A stretch of DNA of 64,000 nucleotides from Candidatus Omnitrophota bacterium. Its GTDB lineage: Bacteria; Omnitrophota; Gorgyraeia; Zapsychrales; Fredricksoniimonadaceae. Position numbers and translations under genes: made by a program. The notes below the pieces were generated by a model. That model saw only the letters and a list, made by a program, of their open reading frames with translations. It was not told where the DNA came from and did not search any database. How positions within the stretch are numbered: the first letter of the stretch is position 1; each line of letters starts with the position of its first letter. The stretch lies in assembly GCA_903860135.1 (NCBI GenBank), contig CAIOPG010000009.1, positions 175,805-239,804 of the forward strand, read 5' to 3'. Shown piece by piece: positions 21,101-31,730 of this stretch.

Positions 21101-23757
21101 AACGAAAGAACCCCTTTCACGATCTTCGCCGCCTCTGCCATCGCCTCAGGCAACCTCGACGGTTCCTTGCCGCCAGCCTGCGCCATATTCGGCTTGCCGC
21201 CACCCGACCCGCCGATAAGAGGCGCGACTGTACGGATAATATCACCGGCCTTGATGCCCCTGGCCACAAGGTCATCCGTCACCGCGATCAGAAAAGCCGC
21301 CTCTGACGGTCCGGCGTCAGCACCGAGCAAATGAACAGATGATGAACATTTCTGTTTGATCATGTCAGATACACGGCGCAAGGTATCCATATCGACATCC
21401 TTGAATATATGCGCCAGGATCAAACTGCCACCGACCTTTTCAGCACCGGCTAAAACAGCATCAAGCCCGCTCCGGATAATATCAAAATTAAGAGTACTCA
21501 CTTCTTTCTGAAGCCCATTCAGTCGCAGCGACTGCTGTTCAATGCGCGCCGGAAGATCATCTGCGGCAACCTTGAGCGCCTGCGCCGCCTTATCAAGGAT
21601 CAACTCACGCCCGCGCACATAAGCCATGGCACCAGCCCCCGTCACCGCTTCAATGCGGCGAATACCCTGCGCCACCGCCCCTTCGGTCACGATCCTGAAG
21701 AAACCGATCTGCCCGGTAGCCGACACATGTGTGCCACCGCAAAATTCTTTGGAATGATCGCCGACCGTCACCACACGCACGGTATCCCCGTATTTCTCGG
21801 CAAAAAAAGCCAGTGCCCCGCTGGTGGCCGCCTGTTCGCGCGTCATTTCCGTCATCGCCACAGGTTCACAGGAACGGACAAGCCTGTTGACCATATCCTC
21901 GATCTTCTCGATCTCCGCACGGCCGACAGCTTTCGGATGCGTGAAATCAAACCGCAAACGGTCAGCATCAACCAGCGATCCCTGCTGTTTCACATGTTCT
22001 CCAAGGATCATGCGCAATGCCGCCTGCAAAAGATGGGTCGCTGTATGATTGCGCGCCACAGCCATACGCCGTTCGCCGTCGATAGCTGATTTGACAGCCG
22101 CAAGGGCCTTGCATACGCCTTTTTCGACAATCGCCGCATGCACATAAACATCCGCCACCTTGCGCACATGCTGCACCCGCAGTACACAGCCCTGCCCTGA
22201 TATCACACCGATATCCGCGCACTGCCCTCCCTGCTCGGCATAAAATGGCGTCTTGTCGAGCACAACAGTAACTTGACTGCCTTCAAGCGCTTCATCCACG
22301 GCCTGCGCCCCTACAAAGACTTTAAGAACAATACTTTCACACGCCGGCTGATCGTAACCAACAAAAATGGTCTTGGGCAAGCCCTTCACATCCACGTCGC
22401 CCGACAAAAACACATCGCCCTGCATCTTGCTGGCCGCGCGTGAACGCTCCTTCTGCGCGTCCATCTTTTTCTCAACAACGCGCATAACCCCCGCATGGAT
22501 ATCCGCCGCGAAGTTTGCACGTATCCTGGCCTCAATCAGATTCAGCGGCAGGCCGTAAGTGTCGCGGTAACCAAACATTTTCTCGCCGATCTCGGCGACC
22601 AATCCCGCCCCAGACGACTGGCGGGCTTTGATCTCCGCCAGATACGCATCAAGTTCAGGCACTTTTTCACGATTAAGCTTGATCACAGACTCCTCGACAC
22701 GCCTTACCGTTTCAACAATATCTTTTTCCTTGCCCAAAAGTTCAGGATACGGTGCCTGCATCAGCTGGACAACCTCGTGAACAAAGGTATGGATCAAGGG
22801 TTTTGTCACCCCTGCCTGGATCAGGATATTGGCCATGTCCACAACGAGTTTGCGCATCACATAGCCGCGCCCTTCATTGGAAGGAATAACCCCGTCGCAA
22901 ATACCAAAAGTCACGGCCCGGATATGATCCGTGATCAAACGGGTTTCACGCAAAGGCAGGGGGGCTCCCTGTGCGGCAACGGCTTGCTTCACCGCCGCCA
23001 TCACCGGGGCAAAAAGGTCAGACTCAAAATTATTCCGTTTGCCCTGCAGTACCGCGGTCAAACGCTCCAGCCCCATACCGGTATCAATATTCTTCGCCGG
23101 TAACGGTTCTAGGACACCGCCGTCCCTACGGTTATACTGCGTGAAAACAAGATTCCAAACCTCGCAAAAACGACCACAACTGCAATCAGGATCGCACGAA
23201 GGATTGGAACAACCATTAACGCCCCAATCAAAAAATATTTCCGAACAAGGCCCACAGGGGCCGTTGGGACCGTTCAACCGCGCATTCGACGGCCAGAAGT
23301 TGGATTTATCGCCAAGCTTGACGATGCGGCTCGACGGGAGCTGGATCTCATTCAACCATATCCCGTAAGCCTCCGCATCATCCTTATGCACAGAAACCCA
23401 GAGTTTCTCACCGGGGATACCCATTTCCAGAGTCAGGAATTCCCACGCCCAGGTGATCGCCTCACGCTTGAAATAATCCCCAAAAGAGAAATTGCCGAGC
23501 ATCTCGAACATCGTATGATGGAAATCCGTAACACCAACCTCGGTCAAGTCATCGGTGCGCAGGCATTTTTGTGATGTGGCCGCTCGCGCAAAACCCGTCA
23601 AATGCCCCATGAACTGCGGTTTGAACTGCTGCATCCCCGCTGTGGTGAAGAGCACCGTCGGATCATCCTTGGGTACAAGCGAATCACTCGCAATGACCGC
23701 ATGCCCCTTGGACTTGAAAAACTCGAGAAACTTTGTACGAATAGCATGCCCGGTCAT
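21097..23757 (-). CDS. alaS: Alanine--tRNA ligase
   Basis: 886 aa; FKSKGH..LVPKDDPTVLFTTAGMQQFKP, editing domain HTATHLL, C-terminal DHHA1. Confidence 0.95.
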   Translation of the reverse strand: MTGHAIRTKFLEFFKSKGHAVIASDSLVPKDDPTVLFTTAGMQQFKPQFMGHLTGFARAATSQKCLRTDDLTEVGVTDFHHTMFEMLGNFSFGDYFKREAITWAWEFLTLEMGIPGEKLWVSVHKDDAEAYGIWLNEIQLPSSRIVKLGDKSNFWPSNARLNGPNGPCGPCSEIFFDWGVNGCSNPSCDPDCSCGRFCEVWNLVFTQYNRRDGGVLEPLPAKNIDTGMGLERLTAVLQGKRNNFESDLFAPVMAAVKQAVAAQGAPLPLRETRLITDHIRAVTFGICDGVIPSNEGRGYVMRKLVVDMANILIQAGVTKPLIHTFVHEVVQLMQAPYPELLGKEKDIVETVRRVEESVIKLNREKVPELDAYLAEIKARQSSGAGLVAEIGEKMFGYRDTYGLPLNLIEARIRANFAADIHAGVMRVVEKKMDAQKERSRAASKMQGDVFLSGDVDVKGLPKTIFVGYDQPACESIVLKVFVGAQAVDEALEGSQVTVVLDKTPFYAEQGGQCADIGVISGQGCVLRVQHVRKVADVYVHAAIVEKGVCKALAAVKSAIDGERRMAVARNHTATHLLQAALRMILGEHVKQQGSLVDADRLRFDFTHPKAVGRAEIEKIEDMVNRLVRSCEPVAMTEMTREQAATSGALAFFAEKYGDTVRVVTVGDHSKEFCGGTHVSATGQIGFFRIVTEGAVAQGIRRIEAVTGAGAMAYVRGRELILDKAAQALKVAADDLPARIEQQSLRLNGLQKEVSTLNFDIIRSGLDAVLAGAEKVGGSLILAHIFKDVDMDTLRRVSDMIKQKCSSSVHLLGADAGPSEAAFLIAVTDDLVARGIKAGDIIRTVAPLIGGSGGGKPNMAQAGGKEPSRLPEAMAEAAKIVKGVLSL

Positions 23758-24248
23758 GATCCTGTCCTTCCTGCCGATAGAACTTTATGAATAACATCCG
23801 CCGAGAAGCCGCGGCGGAGCAGATAATCCGTCATACGCCTGTTTCTTTGGAATGGCTCGAGATCTTTATAATGCGCCATTTTCTTCTCGACCAGCGCTAC
23901 CACCATCTCGCCTTCATTATAATCCGCACGAAGCTGATCCCATTCCCTGCGGACCAGCTCCGGTGCTATGCCCTTATCTTTAAGTTCAAGCGTTACACGC
24001 TTGATACCCAGCGGCCTTTGCAAACGGCAACGCAACCATGCCCGCGTAAAAGCCGGGTCATCGAGAAGCCCCCTGCGCACCAAAGAGGCAATGGTATCCT
24101 CGACCATCACTGCCGGATATGCCTTGCCCACCATTTTACGCCGCACCTCTTCGATGGCGCGCGGCCTGAATTTCAAAAGGCGTAACGCATAAACCTGCGC
24201 TTTTTTGCGGATGATCTCATCCATTACAGGAACATCCACCACACCCAT
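23754..24248 (-). CDS. recX: Regulatory protein RecX
   Basis: 164 aa helical repeats (ALRLL..R..SE.ELR.KL..KG); the recA-recX-alaS order matches the classical arrangement. Confidence 0.8.
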   Translation of the reverse strand: MGVVDVPVMDEIIRKKAQVYALRLLKFRPRAIEEVRRKMVGKAYPAVMVEDTIASLVRRGLLDDPAFTRAWLRCRLQRPLGIKRVTLELKDKGIAPELVRREWDQLRADYNEGEMVVALVEKKMAHYKDLEPFQRNRRMTDYLLRRGFSADVIHKVLSAGRTGS

Positions 24249-24250
24249 CC

Positions 24251-25294
24251 CTACTCGGCATGTTTTGAAGGTAACGGCACCACCTTGGACTTCTCCAGGA
24301 TCACCTTCTCGATCTTCTGAGCCACCTTCGGATTCTCCTGAAGATAACGGCGCACATTATCGCGCCCCTGGCCGATGCGCTCACCTTCAAAAGCAAACCA
24401 GGCGCCAGACTTATCGATCACATTGTATTTGGTCCCCATATCCACCAGATCGCTGGCCAAGGAAATGCCCTCGTCAAAATGGATCTCAAATTCAGCCTCT
24501 TTGAACGGGGCCGCGACCTTGTTCTTGACGATCTTGGCACGCACCCGGTTGCCGATCACCTCATCGCCCCTTTTGAGCGTCTCGATACGGCGCAGGTCAA
24601 TGCGCACCGATGAATAGAACTTCAGGGCATTACCGCCGGTCGTTGTTTCGGGATTACCGAACATCACGCCGATCTTCATACGGATCTGATTGATAAAAAT
24701 GAGGCAAGTATTGGACTTGCTCGTAACCGCCGTTAATTTCCGAAGGGCCTGCGACATCAGCCGCGCATGCAACCCCATATGACTATCGCCCATATCACCC
24801 TCGATCTCGGCCTTGGGCGTCAACGCGGCCACAGAATCAATGACAACCAGGTCTACAGCACTCGACCGCACCAGCGTTTCCGCGATCTCCAGGGCCTGTT
24901 CACCGGTATCAGGCTGAGACACCAGCAGGTCTTCCAACTTAACACCCAACCTGGCCGCATACGCCGCGTCAAAAGCATGTTCAGCATCGATGAACGCCGC
25001 CACCCCGCCTTTTTTCTGGATCTGATGGATCAGGCTCAGCGTCAACGTGGTCTTACCCGAAGATTCCGGGCCGTAGATCTCAACCACGCGCCCGCGCGGG
25101 ATACCACCCACGCCAAGGGCAATGTCAAGGGCAATAGAACCGGTCGGGATCGAATCCACATCAACACGGGCCTGCCCGTCGAGTTTCATGATAGACCCCT
25201 TCCCGAACTGCTTTTCGATCTGCGTCAGCGCAAGATCCAGCGCTTTCTTGCGGTTTTCTGTTTCCGCAGGCGACATTTTTTTGACTTCCGACAT
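24251..25294 (-). CDS. recA: Recombinase RecA
   Basis: [35 protein letters not shown] (Walker A). Start set to ATG 25292-25294 preceded by GGAGGA; the ORF-track N-terminal 18 aa are encoded by the SD region itself. Confidence 0.95.
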   Translation of the reverse strand: MSEVKKMSPAETENRKKALDLALTQIEKQFGKGSIMKLDGQARVDVDSIPTGSIALDIALGVGGIPRGRVVEIYGPESSGKTTLTLSLIHQIQKKGGVAAFIDAEHAFDAAYAARLGVKLEDLLVSQPDTGEQALEIAETLVRSSAVDLVVIDSVAALTPKAEIEGDMGDSHMGLHARLMSQALRKLTAVTSKSNTCLIFINQIRMKIGVMFGNPETTTGGNALKFYSSVRIDLRRIETLKRGDEVIGNRVRAKIVKNKVAAPFKEAEFEIHFDEGISLASDLVDMGTKYNVIDKSGAWFAFEGERIGQGRDNVRRYLQENPKVAQKIEKVILEKSKVVPLPSKHAE

Positions 25295-25364
25295 GTTCAT
25301 TTCCTCCAATAAGATAATATTAATAAGAAGGGGTGGATGATTATACAAAAGGAGGCTGTGATTG

Positions 25365-27080
25365 TCAACGCAACTTCAGCCCCCTCTTGCTCAATTGTAT
25401 GATCTTATCCAATCTTGGTCCATCCCCCAGAATGCTACCAATGATCTTAAGCCCCCGTGTCACGCCACCAGTGCCTTCGGCGTGCTCGAGTGCCAACAAA
25501 AAATTGATCGCCAACTCATCCGTATAATGTGAAGGCAATATCCGTTCAAGATACGTCACCGACACAGGATATTGCTTGATCGCGTAATAATAATCTGCCA
25601 TCCCCAACTGCCCATAATAAGATAATGGCACCTTATTGAATATCCGTTCAAAAGCCGCCTTCCCGTCATCCAAACGACCCAACTGTAAATAACAAACGCC
25701 AAGATAGTAATTTGAAAGCGTTGCGTCACACCCTGGATCTTTCAGGGCAAGCAAAAAATTATCTACTGCCTCTTGATATTTCTTCAATCGAAAAAACTCC
25801 GTTCCTTTAAAGAAATAGCCCATGTGGTGCTCTGGATAAGCCTTGACCCAAGCCTCACCCAGAGAGAAATTGCTCCGCCATACCAAATTACTTGTGATGG
25901 CGGGAAGAAGTAACGAAACGATGGCCGCAGAACATAAAAAATACCGCATCCCCGCCGATAAGCGACCACCCCATACCCGCCCCCAATATACAAGGAGCGT
26001 GGCCATCAAGAACGCTATACCCACAAAAGGGATATACATATAACGCAAAGCAACTGGATTGGGATTAACCCAATAAACCAAAGCCGGCAAAAAGAAAACA
26101 CACACCCATAATGCCGCCCATGAAACCTTTGTACGCCTCATTATTAAAATAATCATTGAAGCCATCAGCGTAACAACCAGAAATGCCAGACCTATCATGT
26201 CAACAGAAAGCCATGGGCGCGGCAATGGCCAATATAGAGGCGGCATAACACCAGCAGAAAGAACAAAACAGATCTCTTTTAAATAAAGTGCCACGATCTG
26301 AACAAAAACCGACATATACTCCTGCCAGCCATACCCGACAGCAAAGTTACGTATAAAACCAGTATTCTGGAAAACAAAGAAATATACATACAAATAAAAG
26401 AATGAAATAAAAAAGAACGGCCAATAGGGCCGTTGTTTTATAACCTTTGCCTCCAGCCCAAGAATCGTTCTGTCAAAGAATACAATGACCAATGGAAAGA
26501 AGAGGGCTGTCTCTTTGGAAAACAGTGCCAGAAAATAAGCTGTATACGCAAGAATGGCCCACAGCGCAGTAATCTTCTTTCGAAAATAAAGCCAGGATTG
26601 AAACGCGATCAAGAGAAAAAAACAAGCCAGCAAGTCTGATCTGTAGCCTATCGCAGCAACAGGTTCCGTATTAGCAGGATGAATAGCAAAAATAATGGCG
26701 GCTGACAAAGCTACGAGCGGTGTCGAAAGAAGCGCAACGATCTGATAAAGCAAAAGGACATTGGCCAAATGCAATACAAGACTTGTCAGATGATACCCGA
26801 AAGGGCGATTATCCCAACCCAAACAATCAAAGAAGAAACTCATCGTCGTCATAGGCCGGTAAGCTACTGACCCCGTTCCCTTGTCAGGAGAATGGCCATA
26901 CAGCACTTCATCGGGAATAACATTATACCCGGAACGGAAAATTCTAACGATATTGGACGAGTTTTTATAAAAAGAATTGTTGCCAAAGAGAGCATGATCA
27001 TCACCGGCAAAACCATTCCATAAAACACATGAAAAACACAATAGAATCAAAACAACAAGGCTGATCTTATGCTTGAACAT
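25365..27080 (-). CDS. Polytopic membrane protein of the GT-C glycosyltransferase superfamily (TMTC/PMT-like, DUF1736-type) with C-terminal TPR repeats
   Basis: 571 aa. About 10 TM helices; early loop motif [16 protein letters not shown] typical of GT-C Dol-P/undecaprenyl-P-sugar-dependent transferases; C-terminal ~150 aa TPR-like. AT-rich codon usage unlike neighbouring recA/rsmE. Confidence 0.5.
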   Translation of the reverse strand: MFKHKISLVVLILLCFSCVLWNGFAGDDHALFGNNSFYKNSSNIVRIFRSGYNVIPDEVLYGHSPDKGTGSVAYRPMTTMSFFFDCLGWDNRPFGYHLTSLVLHLANVLLLYQIVALLSTPLVALSAAIIFAIHPANTEPVAAIGYRSDLLACFFLLIAFQSWLYFRKKITALWAILAYTAYFLALFSKETALFFPLVIVFFDRTILGLEAKVIKQRPYWPFFFISFFYLYVYFFVFQNTGFIRNFAVGYGWQEYMSVFVQIVALYLKEICFVLSAGVMPPLYWPLPRPWLSVDMIGLAFLVVTLMASMIILIMRRTKVSWAALWVCVFFLPALVYWVNPNPVALRYMYIPFVGIAFLMATLLVYWGRVWGGRLSAGMRYFLCSAAIVSLLLPAITSNLVWRSNFSLGEAWVKAYPEHHMGYFFKGTEFFRLKKYQEAVDNFLLALKDPGCDATLSNYYLGVCYLQLGRLDDGKAAFERIFNKVPLSYYGQLGMADYYYAIKQYPVSVTYLERILPSHYTDELAINFLLALEHAEGTGGVTRGLKIIGSILGDGPRLDKIIQLSKRGLKLR

Positions 27081-27092
27081 TATAGCGTCACT

Positions 27093-27839
27093 TCAACTCA
27101 AGGAATTGTTTAGGATCGCAAAAGATACAACCGCTATCGCGGCTGTATCCACTTTTAAAACATTCTCACCGAGAGTCACAGGCACCGCACCAGCTAGCAC
27201 GGCTTCGACTGCTTCCTCAGGCGTGAAATCTCCTTCAGGTCCAATAAAAAAAACAAAATCCCCTGCATTTCGGCGCGCCGCCAGCGCCATACCCAAAGAA
27301 ATCCGTTCTCCTTCAAGCCATGGGAAAAAAAGAAATTTTCCGGGAACAGCTGTCATGGCCAGCGTTTGGAAGAAAGAAACCGGTAATGTGATCTCGGGAA
27401 ACCATGGACGCTTGCACTGTTTGGCCGCGTTGAGCGCCACCCTCTGGTAACGGGCAAGTTTATGATCAGCTTTCTCGCCGTGCACGTCGTTCTCGGTCCT
27501 TGCCGTAACCATAGGGATAATACGGTCCACCCCTAGCTCGGTGCACTTTTCAATGATCGTTTCAAATTTGGTTCTTTTGGGGATGGCGCAGGCCAGCGTG
27601 ATGTGCGGCCCATGATGCCTCGGAACAACGACAAGAGATCTGATATCAACCCAGGCCGCTGTGCGTGAAACCTCCCGAAGCACCCCTTGCGCCACGCCCC
27701 CTTGCCCGTTCACGATCTCGACGCTATCGCCTGCCTTCAAGCGCAGGACACGGGTCACATGGGCAAATTCATCAGGGTCATCGAGCAAAATACGCGTATC
27801 ATGGCCGGAAAATGGATGGAAAAATCTTCCCGCAGACAC
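27093..27839 (-). CDS. rsmE: 16S rRNA (uracil1498-N3)-methyltransferase RsmE
   Basis: 248 aa; PUA-like N-domain (HVTRVLRLKAGDSVEIVNGQG), SPOUT C-domain (AIPKRTKFETIIEKCTELGVDRIIP). Confidence 0.85.
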   Translation of the reverse strand: MSAGRFFHPFSGHDTRILLDDPDEFAHVTRVLRLKAGDSVEIVNGQGGVAQGVLREVSRTAAWVDIRSLVVVPRHHGPHITLACAIPKRTKFETIIEKCTELGVDRIIPMVTARTENDVHGEKADHKLARYQRVALNAAKQCKRPWFPEITLPVSFFQTLAMTAVPGKFLFFPWLEGERISLGMALAARRNAGDFVFFIGPEGDFTPEEAVEAVLAGAVPVTLGENVLKVDTAAIAVVSFAILNNSLS

Positions 27840-27841
27840 GC

Positions 27842-28474
27842 CTAATAACCCCCGGCATTTTCTCGGAAAGTGATGCTGACTTGAGGATTGTCCGTTGTGC
27901 CAGCTGTAAGTGCCCCGGCACTCACAGCCGCGCCAGCAGACGGTGTTTTTCGTCCAACGACGGTCATCTGAAAATAATATTCTCCGGTAGCCCCATCAGC
28001 CACCAGCACAGGATCAGCAATATTGGCATGTGTAAACATATCTTTGACAACATACCCCTCAAAGGTATCTCCCGTAGTACAAGTACCCACTGCCGTCAAT
28101 TCACAACTATATACCGCTGTCTGATCAAGATCACCCGGCTTACTGAAGCAAGTCCAGTTGTCATCTGTGTAAATCTCGGGTGTGAATGCTCCCGATACCT
28201 GGACATCATGCCGAAAACAAAGTGACGAATTGGTGTTATTCAAGTAAATATTTACGCCTGTATCCGAAGGCGATCCATGAAGGCTCCGCACACTCATCCG
28301 TATCTTGTTCACTAAGTATTGAGCTTGGATGTTAATCAAGGCTTCCGAAGAAACATTACTGCCACTCTTGCGCAGTCCATAATCCACACTAAAAATGGCT
28401 GCCATCATGAAGGTGACAATAATGCTCGCCACAATAAGTTCAGCCATTGTAACGGCAGAAGAAGATACTTTCAT
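27842..28474 (-). CDS. Prepilin-type minor pilin-like protein (~210 aa, PilW/GspJ-like size class)
   Basis: Start set at ATG 28472-28474: MKVSSSAVTMAELIVASIIVTFMMAAIFS, a degenerate N-terminal pilin helix with Glu at +5-like position. Last gene of the pilin array. Confidence 0.5.
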   Translation of the reverse strand: MKVSSSAVTMAELIVASIIVTFMMAAIFSVDYGLRKSGSNVSSEALINIQAQYLVNKIRMSVRSLHGSPSDTGVNIYLNNTNSSLCFRHDVQVSGAFTPEIYTDDNWTCFSKPGDLDQTAVYSCELTAVGTCTTGDTFEGYVVKDMFTHANIADPVLVADGATGEYYFQMTVVGRKTPSAGAAVSAGALTAGTTDNPQVSITFRENAGGY

Positions 28475-28476
28475 AA

Positions 28477-28830
28477 TCACCAATTTACCGTCACAGTAAC
28501 CTGGCGCGTTGTCCCGAAGCCAGCTACAACCGTGTAACTGGCTGATGTCATCGAGGTGCAATTGGGATAGGATGCCACAGTAACAGCATGCGCACCGAGC
28601 GTAAGCACGCCCGTACTCCATGTAGAACCCGCCACCGACTTATTCAAGCTATCCAGTATCTCTTTACCGCATAACCCCGCAACCATCCTCGCTTCCGATC
28701 CACGCCCCGAGACCCGCGTTTGGACAATGGTAGCCAAAACCCCCGCAGATGCCACCACAAAAATAACAGACGCGACAATAACCTCGGTCATAGAAAAACC
28801 TGCCTGATCCGTATAAAATTTCATGGACAA
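28477..28830 (-). CDS. Type IV prepilin-like protein (GspI/PilV-like minor pseudopilin)
   Basis: Leader ..QAG|FSMTEVIVASVIFVVASAGV with G(-1) F(+1) E(+5), a class III signal peptide. Confidence 0.7.
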   Translation of the reverse strand: MSMKFYTDQAGFSMTEVIVASVIFVVASAGVLATIVQTRVSGRGSEARMVAGLCGKEILDSLNKSVAGSTWSTGVLTLGAHAVTVASYPNCTSMTSASYTVVAGFGTTRQVTVTVNW

Positions 28831-29210
28831 TTAGCCCCCGCGCATGAAGGATTAGTTCCGGCCACAACTGGACTTGCTAATGTGACCGTGACCGTCAGAC
28901 CAGATCCAATACTGCCCACACATGTCCCGCTACCACAGGAATACGACACCCCGTCAGCAATAATATGTGTAGCCAACGCCGTATTGATAGCATTGATATC
29001 AGCAGCTACCAGATTAGTGCCGTTGTTATACAAACGATACTGGGCATTGGCGGCATGAATGATACTCAAATTATCCACAACAGAACGCCCGCGCGTGCGA
29101 TCAATCGTCTTAATAAACTGCGGGATAGCCATACCAACCAATATTCCGGAAATGACAAAAATAACCATTAACTCAATCATGGTAAAAGCTTCATTATAAA
29201 GTTTAGTCAT
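28821..29210 (-). CDS. Cys-rich prepilin-like protein, paralog A
   Basis: Start at ATG 29208-29210 (ATGA overlap): MTKLYNEA|FTMIELMVIFVISGIL; C-terminus ..SYSCGSGTCVGSIGSG..NPSCAGANCP. Confidence 0.65.
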   Translation of the reverse strand: MTKLYNEAFTMIELMVIFVISGILVGMAIPQFIKTIDRTRGRSVVDNLSIIHAANAQYRLYNNGTNLVAADINAINTALATHIIADGVSYSCGSGTCVGSIGSGLTVTVTLASPVVAGTNPSCAGANCP

Positions 29211-29581
29211 GGACAACTTGTTCCTGTACATGTCGCAACGCCCGAACTTGTGTTCGGAGTTGTTACAACAAATCCCGTACCCGTAGCCGTGCATTCCGTA
29301 CCTGAAGAACAAGAATATGTGGCACCATCAGCCTTAATATTTAACCCGAGAGCCGTATTTATGGCAGCCACATCTCCAGCCGTAGTATTAGCTCCAGAAC
29401 GTGAAAGAAAGAGGGCATTAGCCGCATGAATAATCGAAATGTTCGTCATGGCCGAACGCGCCTTTGACCGTAAAATAGTTTTTGAAAACTGCGGAACAGC
29501 AAATGCGGCAATGATTGAAATGATGCTCAAAACAACAATAAGTTCAATCAGCGTAAACCCGCTACGCATAAAATACCTCAT
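29207..29581 (-). CDS. Cys-rich prepilin-like protein, paralog B
   Basis: Start ATG 29579-29581 (ATGA overlap): MRYFMRSG|FTLIELIVVLSIISIIAA; IIHAANALF..AINTALGLNIKADGATYSCSSGTECTATGTGF..TCTGTSCP. Confidence 0.7.
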   Translation of the reverse strand: MRYFMRSGFTLIELIVVLSIISIIAAFAVPQFSKTILRSKARSAMTNISIIHAANALFLSRSGANTTAGDVAAINTALGLNIKADGATYSCSSGTECTATGTGFVVTTPNTSSGVATCTGTSCP

Positions 29582-29973
29582 GGGCAACTTGAACCAGAAC
29601 AAGATGGATTTGAGTCACTTAACGCAGTAGCCAACGTGAGCGTCTCTGTAAACCCTGAACCTGTCGCAAGGCATGTCCCTGAATCAGTACAGGAATAAGT
29701 CACTCCATTCGACGTGATCTTTAACTCCAGAGCCGTATTAATGGCCACTAAATTTCCGGCTGTAGATGCATTAACATTTGAATTATTATTACGTAAACGA
29801 TAATACCCATTAGCCGCGTGGATCAGATTAAGATTGGCGATCCCTGCACGTGCATAGGCACGCTTGGTACTTTTTGAAAGAAGCGTGGTCGCAAAAATTG
29901 CTAAAATACCAACAAGCGCCAACACAATTATCATTTCAATGAGCGTAAAAGCCTGACGCATAGTTGGTCTCAT
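29578..29973 (-). CDS. Cys-rich prepilin-like protein, paralog C
   Basis: Start ATG 29971-29973 (ATGA overlap; ORF-track GTG start 29979): MRPTMRQA|FTLIEMIIVLALVGIL; LIHAANGYY..AINTALELKITSNGVTYSCTDSGTCLATGSGF..NPSCSGSSCP. Confidence 0.7.
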   Translation of the reverse strand: MRPTMRQAFTLIEMIIVLALVGILAIFATTLLSKSTKRAYARAGIANLNLIHAANGYYRLRNNNSNVNASTAGNLVAINTALELKITSNGVTYSCTDSGTCLATGSGFTETLTLATALSDSNPSCSGSSCP

Positions 29974-30389
29974 GCGCACGGCGTATTAGGACAAATTTTC
30001 TTAAGTGTGTCCGGACATGAACCACACGAAAAAGCACCCGCTGCAGACACACTAACAGTATATGAACCTGTCGCTGGCTGAACAGCGGATTTTATCGTCA
30101 ATGAAACAGCACCCGTTGATGTATTGCACACAGGTGCCGCAAAATTCGTCGGCGTAACCGTTACATCCAGATTGGCACAAGCGGCACTGGTATCATAGGT
30201 GCTTTTTTCAAGATTATACCTTATCTGAGCCGCGTTGAGCGTGTTAAGGACATTAATCCCTTCAGTAAAGATCGTTTGATCCTTCGCTCCTACCATACGC
30301 GGTACAGCCAACGACGCCAATACACCAATGATAACAATCACGACGATAATTTCAATTAATGTAAAAGCAGACGATCGTATTATATTCAT
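29970..30389 (-). CDS. Prepilin-like protein (139 aa)
   Basis: MNIIRSSA|FTLIEIIVVIVIIGVLASLAVP; C-terminal Cys cluster FSCGSCPDTLKKICPNTPCA. Confidence 0.7.
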   Translation of the reverse strand: MNIIRSSAFTLIEIIVVIVIIGVLASLAVPRMVGAKDQTIFTEGINVLNTLNAAQIRYNLEKSTYDTSAACANLDVTVTPTNFAAPVCNTSTGAVSLTIKSAVQPATGSYTVSVSAAGAFSCGSCPDTLKKICPNTPCA

Positions 30390-30401
30390 ACCATTCCAAA
30401 A

Positions 30402-30818
30402 CTAATTCTTCAATGTTGAAAAAATCCCACCCTTTATCTTTGTAACAGTTCCCGCAGGGGCATTCAGCCTAAGCGTGATCGTATCAGCAACTCCTGCACC
30501 ACCTTTTAAAGTAGCTGTCGCACCGCAAGCAGATGCATTCGCACATTCAGTAGCGGTAAATGAATACGTAAAATTAGTTGATGCCGTTGGAAATGAATAG
30601 CCCGATATTGCTGTTATATTATTACATGCCGTATAATCTTCACTGTTCTGAATATAACATTCCTGGACTTTGCGCATCAAAACGCCAAGCTGCATATAAG
30701 CCTCTGCCGCTTTGGCAATATTCACCTGAGCGCTAAGACGCGGCAAAGCTACTGCGGCCAAAACACCAATGATGATAACAACAATGATGATCTCGATTAG
30801 TGTAAAGCCTTTTTTCAT
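30402..30818 (-). CDS. Major-pilin-like type IV pilin, tandem copy 1
   Basis: MKKG|FTLIEIIIVVIIIGVLAAVALPRL..; Ser/Thr-rich C-terminal half with a Cys pair; ends ..KGGIFSTLKN. Confidence 0.75.
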   Translation of the reverse strand: MKKGFTLIEIIIVVIIIGVLAAVALPRLSAQVNIAKAAEAYMQLGVLMRKVQECYIQNSEDYTACNNITAISGYSFPTASTNFTYSFTATECANASACGATATLKGGAGVADTITLRLNAPAGTVTKIKGGIFSTLKN

Positions 30819-30836
30819 TACTTACCCCATTTCCAA

Positions 30837-31256
30837 TTAATTCTTTAATGTAGAGAAAATACCGCCCTTGGTTTTTGTAACAGTTCCCGCAGGGGCATTC
30901 AGGGTAAGCGTGATCGTATCAGCAACTCCTGCACCACCTTTTAAAGTAGCTGTCGCACCGCAAGCAGATGCATTCGCACATTCAGTAGCGGTAAATGAAT
31001 AGGTAAAATTACTTGATGCCGTTGGAAATGAATAGCCCGATATTGCTGTTACATTATTACATGCCGTATAATCTTCACTGTTCTGAATATAACATTCCTG
31101 GACTTTGCGCATCAAAACACCAAGCTGCATATAAGCCTCTGCCGCTTTGGCAATATTCACCTGAGCGCTAAGACGCGGCAGTGCTACTGCGGCCAAAACA
31201 CCAATGATGATAACAACAATGATGATCTCGATTAGTGTAAAACCCTTTTTTTTCAT
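30837..31256 (-). CDS. Major-pilin-like type IV pilin, tandem copy 2 (about 5 aa differences from copy 1)
   Basis: MKKKG|FTLIEIIIVVIIIGV..; near-identical to copies 1 and 3. Confidence 0.75.
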   Translation of the reverse strand: MKKKGFTLIEIIIVVIIIGVLAAVALPRLSAQVNIAKAAEAYMQLGVLMRKVQECYIQNSEDYTACNNVTAISGYSFPTASSNFTYSFTATECANASACGATATLKGGAGVADTITLTLNAPAGTVTKTKGGIFSTLKN

Positions 31257-31313
31257 ACATTTCCTTTTTTAGTGTTTTATTAGTATGTTCCTGCATTAAT
31301 AATATTTTTGGAA

Positions 31314-31730
31314 TTAATTCTTCAAAGTTGAAAAAATACCACCCTTTGTTTTTGTAACGGTTCCCGCAGGGGCATTCAGCGTAAGCGTGATAACATCCGC
31401 CGCCGCACCACCTTTTAAAGTAGCTGTCGCACCGCAAGCAGATGCATTCGCACATTCAGTAGCGGTAAATGCATATGTAAAATTACTCGATCCAGTTGGA
31501 AAGGAATAACCAGATATCGCTGTTACATTATTGCATGCCGCATAATCTTCACTATTCTGAACATAACATTCTTGGACTTTGCGCATCAAAACACCAAGCT
31601 GCATATAAGCCTCTGCCGCTTTGGCAATATTCACCTGAGCGCTAAGACGCGGCAACGCTACTGCGGCCAAAACACCGATAATGATAACAACAATGATGAT
31701 CTCGATTAGTGTAAAACCTTTTTTTTTCAT
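31314..31730 (-). CDS. Major-pilin-like type IV pilin, tandem copy 3
   Basis: Same N-terminus; substitutions clustered in the variable region (ECYVQ, DYAAC, PTGSSNFTYAF, GGAAADVITL). Confidence 0.75.
   Translation of the reverse strand: MKKKGFTLIEIIIVVIIIGVLAAVALPRLSAQVNIAKAAEAYMQLGVLMRKVQECYVQNSEDYAACNNVTAISGYSFPTGSSNFTYAFTATECANASACGATATLKGGAAADVITLTLNAPAGTVTKTKGGIFSTLKN

Noticed and set aside
31168-31455. 95-aa minus-strand ORF spanning the spacer between pilin copies 2 and 3
   Set aside because: It reads through the 3' end of one pilin gene, the duplicated spacer and the 5' end of the next in a different frame. It is Cys/His-rich nonsense with no start context. The pilin frames are strongly supported instead.
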